From an uncultured Acidobacteriota bacterium (lineage in GTDB: Bacteria; Acidobacteriota; Blastocatellia; RBC074): a stretch of 64,000 nucleotides of DNA. The stretch's first letter is position 1. Every line of letters starts with the position of its first letter. Shown here piece after piece: positions 58,113 through 64,000 of this stretch. The stretch spans positions 416,001 through 480,000 of the forward strand of contig CAWCKY010000002.1 in NCBI GenBank assembly GCA_963796275.1, written 5' to 3'. Below the pieces are notes generated by a model. The model did not search any database. It worked only from the letters and a program-made list of their open reading frames with translations, and was not told where the DNA came from. Position numbers and translations under genes: made by a program.

Positions 58113-58383
58113 TTGATTGAGTATCAATATGGAAGAGAAAGGAGGTGACCGCGAGAGCCCGGACAACGCACGACTGGCATCCGCAGTAATCTCAACATCG
58201 CAAGCATCGCAAGTATATTCCGTTTGCAATTGAGCGGAGAGAACGGGATTAACAGCGAGGAGCGTCCGGTATACCTGGATATATAGTCCGCTAAACCTTC
58301 TCAGGTTGAGGAAGGAGGATAAATGTGCGATGTTTCATTAATGCCATATTCGTGAATTTCGCGGCGAAAATAACTGTTCGCCA

Positions 58384-58410
58384 TGTCGATAATCGGATGT
58401 GCCGTTCGAC
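58384..58410 (+). promoter_or_regulatory. ECF42-type promoter (TGTCGA-N17-CGAC) upstream of the YciI/DGPF gene
   Basis: tgtcga-taatcggatgtgccgtt-cgac. ECF42 sigma factors are known to recognise TGTCGA/CG(A/T)C promoters of DGPF genes. Confidence 0.65.
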
Positions 58411-58483
58411 TTATAGTCGAAAAGGGGGATAGAGCCGGTCGATTCCGTCCGGTCTAAACTCCCAACACGAAACCAAAGGAGAT

Positions 58484-58921
58484 ATGTCGATGCGATTCAT
58501 GGTTATAGTAAAAGCCAACAAAGACACCGAAGCTGGGGTTATGCCGAACGAGGAACTCCTGACCCAAATGGGCAAATACAACGAAGAACTGGTAAATGCC
58601 GGCGTGATGATCGCGGGAGAAGGGCTTCACCCGAGCTCTAAGGGAGCGCGCATCAAGTTCTCGGGAAATAAACGTACGGTGTTAGACGGCCCTTTTCCTG
58701 AAACAAAAGAACTGATTGCCGGATATTGGATATGGCAGGTGAAATCAAAGGAAGAAGCAATCGAATGGGCCAAACGCTGCCCCAATCCTACGGGCGAAGA
58801 ATCTGTACTCGAACTCCGCCAGGTGTTCGAATCGGATGAATTCGGCGAAGAGTTTACGCCGGAGCTGCGGGAACAAGAAGATCGGTTACGCGCGAAAATC
58901 GAGAAACGCCAGAAAAAATAA
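58484..58921 (+). CDS. YciI / DGPF-domain protein
   Basis: 'MRFMVIVKA..EAGVMP', 'GEGLHPSSKG', 'DGPFPETKELIAGYW', 'EEAIEWAKRCP'; AAGGAG RBS. Confidence 0.93.
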   Translation: MSMRFMVIVKANKDTEAGVMPNEELLTQMGKYNEELVNAGVMIAGEGLHPSSKGARIKFSGNKRTVLDGPFPETKELIAGYWIWQVKSKEEAIEWAKRCPNPTGEESVLELRQVFESDEFGEEFTPELREQEDRLRAKIEKRQKK

Positions 58922-58992
58922 TCAGACGATTTATATAGTTGAAATCATTCTGCCATCAATGATGTGCGCGGTCAGAAACACCACAAATTCAG

Positions 58993-59030
58993 CGACCTCT
59001 TCATGCCGGCCTGGCCGGCTCGAAGAGGTC
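58993..59030. terminator. Hairpin between convergent genes
   Basis: GACCTCTTC..GCCGGC-ctg-GCCGGC..GAAGAGGTC. Confidence 0.55.
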
Positions 59031-59090
59031 CTTAGATACTTTCAAGATAATTCAAAGGCGTTCTGAGGCATTACCTATCATGATACCGAC

Positions 59091-60551
59091 CTAAGCGAGA
59101 ATTCCGTTCACCACCTCGCCCGACACATTAGTCAAGCGGGCATCTATCCCCTGAAACTTCACCGTCAGACGCAGATGATTGATTCCCAGCAGGTGCAATA
59201 GTGTAGCGTGGAGATCATGGACGCTGACAGGTTTATCTTCCGCGGCATATCCGAGCTCGTCCGTCGCGCCATAGGCAACTCCCCCTTTGATCCCGCCTCC
59301 TGCGAGCATGAAGGAGAAGCCTTTGATGTGGTGATCCCGGCCGCTGCTGCCCTGCGACATCGGGGTTCGCCCGAATTCACCGCCCCAGATGACCAGCGTG
59401 TCATCCAGCATACCGCGCTGCTTCAGGTCTTTGATCAGCGCCGAGGTCGCGCGGTCGACCTCCTGCGCCTTGTGCGGCAAGTTGACCGGTATTCCGGAAT
59501 GGTGATCCCAGTCGCGATGATATAGCTGAATGAACCGCACGCCGCGTTCTGCCAGCCGCCGGGCCAATAGACAATTGGACGCGAAAGAGCCGTCGCCGGG
59601 CTGAGCGCCGTACATCTCAAGGATGTTCTTCGGCTCATTGCTCGTATCCACAAGACCCGGAATGGACGACTGCATTCTGAAAGCCATCTCGTACTGCGCG
59701 ACGCGCGTCAGTATTTCCGGATCATTCGTCACCTCGTGCTGCATCCTGTTCAACTCATTGATGGCGGCGATCGAGTCGCGCTGAGTCCCGGCGCTCATCC
59801 CGCTCGGACTGTTGATGTAGAGTACCGGATCGCCGGCCGAGTTGAGCTTCACACCCTGGAACTTGCTCGACAGGAAACCGGCCGACCACTGCCGTTGGGC
59901 GATCGGCTGGTTCTGTCCGCCCTTGCCGGACGACATCAGAACGACATAGCCGGGCAGGTCATCGCATTCGGAGCCAAGGCCATAGAGTATCCAGGCACCC
60001 ATGCTCGGGCGTCCCGTGATGATCGAACCGGTGTTCATGATCGTGTGGGCCGGATCATGATTGATCTGCTCCCCCCACATCGAGCGGATGATGCATACAT
60101 CGTCAGCCACTCCGCCGATCTCTGGGAACAGTTCGCAAATTTCCTGGCCCGATTTGCCAAACCGTTTAAATTTGAATTGCGGGCCGAAACAGACGAGCCT
60201 CTGGTTTTGCAGTTGGGCGATCTGTTGCCCCTTGGTAAATGACTCAGGCATTGGCTTGCCATGCATCTCGGCCAGCTTCGGTTTGTAGTCGAAGGTCTCC
60301 AGATGCGATGGGCCGCCCGCCTGATAGAGGAAGATTACAGTTTTGGCTTTTGGCGGGTGATGAAGCGGATTGACTATGCCTTTTGATTGCAAGTCGCGAG
60401 TTGAAGATTGCGGTGTTGCGCCGGCTCGCGCCTCTCGTCCGAACAACGAAGTCAGCGCGATCGTTCCCAAACTGGCAAAACTCTGACCCAGAAAGGTACG
60501 GCGGCTTGCGTAACGATTGGTGTCGTGTGCCATTGCTTGTTCTTCTTTCAT
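59091..60551 (-). CDS. DUF1501 family protein (Tat-exported)
   Basis: 'SRRTFL'; 'KAKTVIFLYQAGGPSHLETFDYKP', 'NHDPA', 'LARRLAERGVRFIQLY', 'WDHH', 'WGGEFGRTP', 'GRDHH'. Confidence 0.93.
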   Translation of the reverse strand: MKEEQAMAHDTNRYASRRTFLGQSFASLGTIALTSLFGREARAGATPQSSTRDLQSKGIVNPLHHPPKAKTVIFLYQAGGPSHLETFDYKPKLAEMHGKPMPESFTKGQQIAQLQNQRLVCFGPQFKFKRFGKSGQEICELFPEIGGVADDVCIIRSMWGEQINHDPAHTIMNTGSIITGRPSMGAWILYGLGSECDDLPGYVVLMSSGKGGQNQPIAQRQWSAGFLSSKFQGVKLNSAGDPVLYINSPSGMSAGTQRDSIAAINELNRMQHEVTNDPEILTRVAQYEMAFRMQSSIPGLVDTSNEPKNILEMYGAQPGDGSFASNCLLARRLAERGVRFIQLYHRDWDHHSGIPVNLPHKAQEVDRATSALIKDLKQRGMLDDTLVIWGGEFGRTPMSQGSSGRDHHIKGFSFMLAGGGIKGGVAYGATDELGYAAEDKPVSVHDLHATLLHLLGINHLRLTVKFQGIDARLTNVSGEVVNGILA

Positions 60552-60560
60552 CGCTTTTTC

Positions 60561-63500
60561 TCAATTCCGGGTTATCGTTTCGTGCAGATTAAGAATCGCA
60601 CGCGCTACCGTTGTCATCGCGGCGAGCGCTGGAGCACTCATGTTCTTCGGCAGCAGCGCATCGCCGATGCTGATGAATTCCTTGGCCGACGTAGGGTCGC
60701 GCTGATATGCTGCCAGGCTCTTCCGATGCAGCTCGGCCAACGCGCGACGCTCCGGCAGCGCCGGTTTGCGGCCGAGAGCACGCAGGAAAGCCCATTCTAT
60801 TCGGGCATCAACCGTCCCTCCGCCCTGCCTCAAGATTTTCTGAGCGAATACGCGGGCGGCCTCGACGTAAGTCGGATCGTTCAAGAGCGCCAACGCCTGC
60901 AGCGGGGTGTTGGAACTGACGCGGTTGACCGTACACTCCTCACGCGGAGGCGCATCGAAGACCAGAAGGCTCGGATGCAGAAACGTGCGCTGCCAGTGCG
61001 TGTAGATGCCGCGCCGGTAAAGGCTCTCGCCGCGGTCCGCCGAATAGTCGCGCATCGGGAAGTTGAGCATGGCCAGGTAGCGTTCGGGCTGGTATGGCCG
61101 AACCGATGGTCCACCGAATTTTTCGACGAGCAGACCGGAAATCGCCAGTGCGATGTCCCGCACCATCTCGGCATCGACGCGGAATCGGCTCTGCCGCGCA
61201 AGCAGCCGATTATCCGGATCGAGCTCAGATAACTGCGGACTGGTAATACTGGCCTGCCGATAAGTGTGGCTCGTGACGATCAAGCGTATGATGTGTTTGA
61301 TGTCCCAGTCGTGTATTTGAGACCCAGCCAATCCGCTCGATCGGCATTCCGCGTTCATCCCGCAATCATTCGAGGGATGCATAAATTCGCTCGCCATCCA
61401 GTCGAGCAGTTCTGGATGCGTCGGCCACTCACCCTGAGAGCCTAAATCATCGAGCACCTTAGATAAGCCGGCCCCGAAGAACTGCCGCCACAGACGGTTG
61501 ACGAAGACGCGAGCGGTGAGAGGGTTATCCTTCGATGATATCCAGCCGGCCAGGTCCGAGCGGGTAGCGCGGCGGTTGCCAGCCTCCAATTTGCCGAAGA
61601 CCACAGGAATCGCGGGCTCGACGACCTCGCCTGATTCATCCAGGAAATTGCCGCGCGCCAGCACGCGCGACAAGGCGGGCATCGCAATCTCGGTAGTCAC
61701 GACGCGCGGTATCTGAGAAGCGAGCAAGTCAAGCTCCGCTTCGAGCCGGGCGCGGCGCACAATCAGCGGCTGCAGTTCCGGCGATGACCATTTGAAAAAA
61801 TCAAGCAGGGCAGTCTCCTGTGCTCCGGTGCGCTTGCCTGCCGGTGCCTTGAGAGCCCGCACGACCGCATCAGAAAGCCCATTCATCGGTGTGGGAGTCT
61901 TCGCCGTGTGATCCGGCCAGGAAAATTGCGCCGATGAGAGCGCCAGGCGAAAGCGGCCGATAGTCGCGCGGCGCGACCGTGAATCCTGGTGCAGCCGTAC
62001 TTTGATGATCGAATTCTGTCCGGTCCGCAGCTTCGGCGCCAGGCGCAGCGCCAGGAACGAGCCGCGATTGTCGGCATAGGAGACACCCCAGCCCGTCTTC
62101 GAATCTCCATCGATCGCATTCATCGCGCGGTTCTCCGGTAACTCCCCTACTCCATCGGTTGTCGACAGGATGAAATCCAACTTCCGCGAGCCGTTTCCTT
62201 TGAGTGCCTTTTTTGCTCCGTTTTTTGCCCCGTTCACCTGGTCATGCGCGACCGGCTCAATTTCAGCTTCGACTTCGGTCAGAACGAAACGGTCGGCCCC
62301 GCGCGCGAGTCGATTAGCAGGCAAGCTGGCGTCCTGTACCACCTCAATTCCGAGGGCCGTCCAGTCGCCCTCGCCCGGCTTGAAGCTGATTGTATATGTC
62401 TCGTTCTCCGGATTGGCGCCGCTCGCGACGACCAGGCCATCACCCGTGATCTCCTCTGTAATCAGGTTCCCGCCGCGATAGACCGTAACCGTCAGCGGCT
62501 CGTCGTTATAGACCGTCAAAGTCGTGCCGTGCGCGGCTTTCGCAGTGATCGGCCGTTGGAATCGCCAGCTCAGTACACCCGCATCGTGAGATTGCCGCAG
62601 TTTTTTCTCCCATACCGTACTTCGCGCGAACAATTCACCGGCTTTAATATCCAGTTCTGCGTTCAGCCATTCGATTTGCCTGGTTAAATCGTCATTGCGC
62701 TTCTGCTGTTCGGTGGATGGCAACATCAACTTCGCCCCCCAGGCATTGCTGCCTCTGTCGGGCACCAGCCCCGTCTCCTTTATATCGGCGAAGAAGGCCT
62801 TCATCGAGTAGAAATCCTTTGTCAGGATCGGGTCGAACTTGTGATCGTGACATTCTGCGCACCCCATCGTGAGGCCCAGCCAGACCGCGCTTGTCGTGCG
62901 AACGCGATCGGCGGCGTATTTAGCCAGATATTCTTTGGGCTGGAGGCCGCCTTCCGCCGACACGCGATTCATGCGGTTGAAAGCCGAAGCGATGCGCTGT
63001 TCGGTGGTCGCATTCGGAGACAGATCACCGGCAATCTGTTCACGCGTGAATTCGTCGAAAGGCTTGTTGTCGCGGAACGCGCGCAGCACGTAATCGCGAT
63101 ACGGCCACGCCGGAAAGGCATTATCCCCATGAAATCCTGATGTATCGGCGTACCGCACCGCGTCTAGCCAGTGCATCGTCTGTTTTTCGGCGTAGCGCGG
63201 AGACGCCAACAGGCGATCCACCAGCTTTTCATAAGCCTCGGGCGATCTATCGCCGACAAATAAGGCGACCTCTTGAGGAGTCGGCGGAATGCCGGTCAGG
63301 TCCAGCGAGACGCGGCGAATGAGCGTGCGGCGATCGGCCTCGGGAGATGGCGGCAATCCATCGTTGGCGAGTCGCTTCTGGATGAAAGCGTCGATCGGGT
63401 TGCGTATGTTTGCGGGCGCGCGCTCGCCGATATCTGGGACGGCGGGACGCCTTAGAGGCTGGTATGCCCAGTGACCTTCGTACTTAGCGCCCTCGGCCAC

Positions 63501-63896
63501 CCAGCGCTTTATCAATTCTTTCTGTCTCGCGGTGAGCTCTTTGTGCGCCCATTTAGGCGGCATCACCTCGAATTCTTCACTGGCAAAGATGCGACGAACG
63601 ATCTCGCTCTCATCCGGCTTGCCGGGTACGATCGGAATGACCCCCGTCTTGGTCTTCTTCGTCGATTCTTCCCTGAGATCGAGACGCAATTCCGCCTGGC
63701 GCGCGTTTTTGTCCGGCCCATGACAGCGGTAACATGTGTCGGAGAAGATCGGTCGTATATCACGGTTGAAGCTGACCGCATCTTGCCCCTCGGCTCCTAC
63801 TTCTCCGTCTGGAGTTATGGCCGTTATGATCAGCAATGCTGCGATAAGACAAAAGAAGACCTTGGCGTAATATATATGTGAAGACATTTGTCTCAT
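60561..63896 (-). CDS. PSD1 / DUF1549-DUF1553 planctomycete cytochrome c domain protein with large central carbohydrate-binding-like insert
   Basis: Signal peptide; CYRCH and CAECH heme motifs; 'LIRRVSLDLTGIPP', 'WLDAVRYADTSG', 'NPLTARVFVNRLW', 'PTHPELLDW', 'SNTPLQALALLN', 'LNLHETITRN'. Confidence 0.93.
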   Translation of the reverse strand: MRQMSSHIYYAKVFFCLIAALLIITAITPDGEVGAEGQDAVSFNRDIRPIFSDTCYRCHGPDKNARQAELRLDLREESTKKTKTGVIPIVPGKPDESEIVRRIFASEEFEVMPPKWAHKELTARQKELIKRWVAEGAKYEGHWAYQPLRRPAVPDIGERAPANIRNPIDAFIQKRLANDGLPPSPEADRRTLIRRVSLDLTGIPPTPQEVALFVGDRSPEAYEKLVDRLLASPRYAEKQTMHWLDAVRYADTSGFHGDNAFPAWPYRDYVLRAFRDNKPFDEFTREQIAGDLSPNATTEQRIASAFNRMNRVSAEGGLQPKEYLAKYAADRVRTTSAVWLGLTMGCAECHDHKFDPILTKDFYSMKAFFADIKETGLVPDRGSNAWGAKLMLPSTEQQKRNDDLTRQIEWLNAELDIKAGELFARSTVWEKKLRQSHDAGVLSWRFQRPITAKAAHGTTLTVYNDEPLTVTVYRGGNLITEEITGDGLVVASGANPENETYTISFKPGEGDWTALGIEVVQDASLPANRLARGADRFVLTEVEAEIEPVAHDQVNGAKNGAKKALKGNGSRKLDFILSTTDGVGELPENRAMNAIDGDSKTGWGVSYADNRGSFLALRLAPKLRTGQNSIIKVRLHQDSRSRRATIGRFRLALSSAQFSWPDHTAKTPTPMNGLSDAVVRALKAPAGKRTGAQETALLDFFKWSSPELQPLIVRRARLEAELDLLASQIPRVVTTEIAMPALSRVLARGNFLDESGEVVEPAIPVVFGKLEAGNRRATRSDLAGWISSKDNPLTARVFVNRLWRQFFGAGLSKVLDDLGSQGEWPTHPELLDWMASEFMHPSNDCGMNAECRSSGLAGSQIHDWDIKHIIRLIVTSHTYRQASITSPQLSELDPDNRLLARQSRFRVDAEMVRDIALAISGLLVEKFGGPSVRPYQPERYLAMLNFPMRDYSADRGESLYRRGIYTHWQRTFLHPSLLVFDAPPREECTVNRVSSNTPLQALALLNDPTYVEAARVFAQKILRQGGGTVDARIEWAFLRALGRKPALPERRALAELHRKSLAAYQRDPTSAKEFISIGDALLPKNMSAPALAAMTTVARAILNLHETITRN

Positions 63897-64000
63897 TGGT
63901 GTCCTCTCAACTCACGTCTGCCTTGATTTTTCATATCTACACTGACCGTAGGTCGCACAAACACCGCCAATATCAACACAATTGTGAAAACCCTGGCTTC

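Overview
Gene-dense accessory region of a GC-rich diderm bacterium. The gene families (Oar-type TonB receptor, wHTH-TPR and wHTH-PD40 regulators, CHAT-TPR, CRTAC1/ASPIC, DUF1501/PSD1 pairs) suggest Acidobacteriota, possibly Blastocatellia; this is inference. There are about 40 intact CDS: a CE15 esterase, DUF763, aceB, an S8/S53-like protease, two DUF1501 + planctomycete-cytochrome-c pairs, a paoABC-like molybdoenzyme, two different vanadium haloperoxidases, a non-heme chloroperoxidase/perhydrolase, an atypical sigma factor with a tandem-zinc-finger anti-sigma, a TonB receptor/CRTAC1/TPR/GntR-LacI locus, pirin, deoC, and YciI with an ECF42-type promoter. About seven genes are abruptly truncated or remnant (IS200 tnpA, amidohydrolase, PadR, aac(3)-IV-like, wHTH, tnpB, DUF2167). 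No rRNA, tRNA or CRISPR array was seen. The best candidate for new biology is an apparently exported TPR-CHAT (caspase-fold) protease with a SPOR peptidoglycan-binding domain inserted between its catalytic His and Cys. It is transcribed divergently from a Tat-exported bromoperoxidase-like enzyme with an altered active site, and may act in trans with the sigma/anti-sigma pair. All family calls come from motif recognition by eye; no database searches were run.
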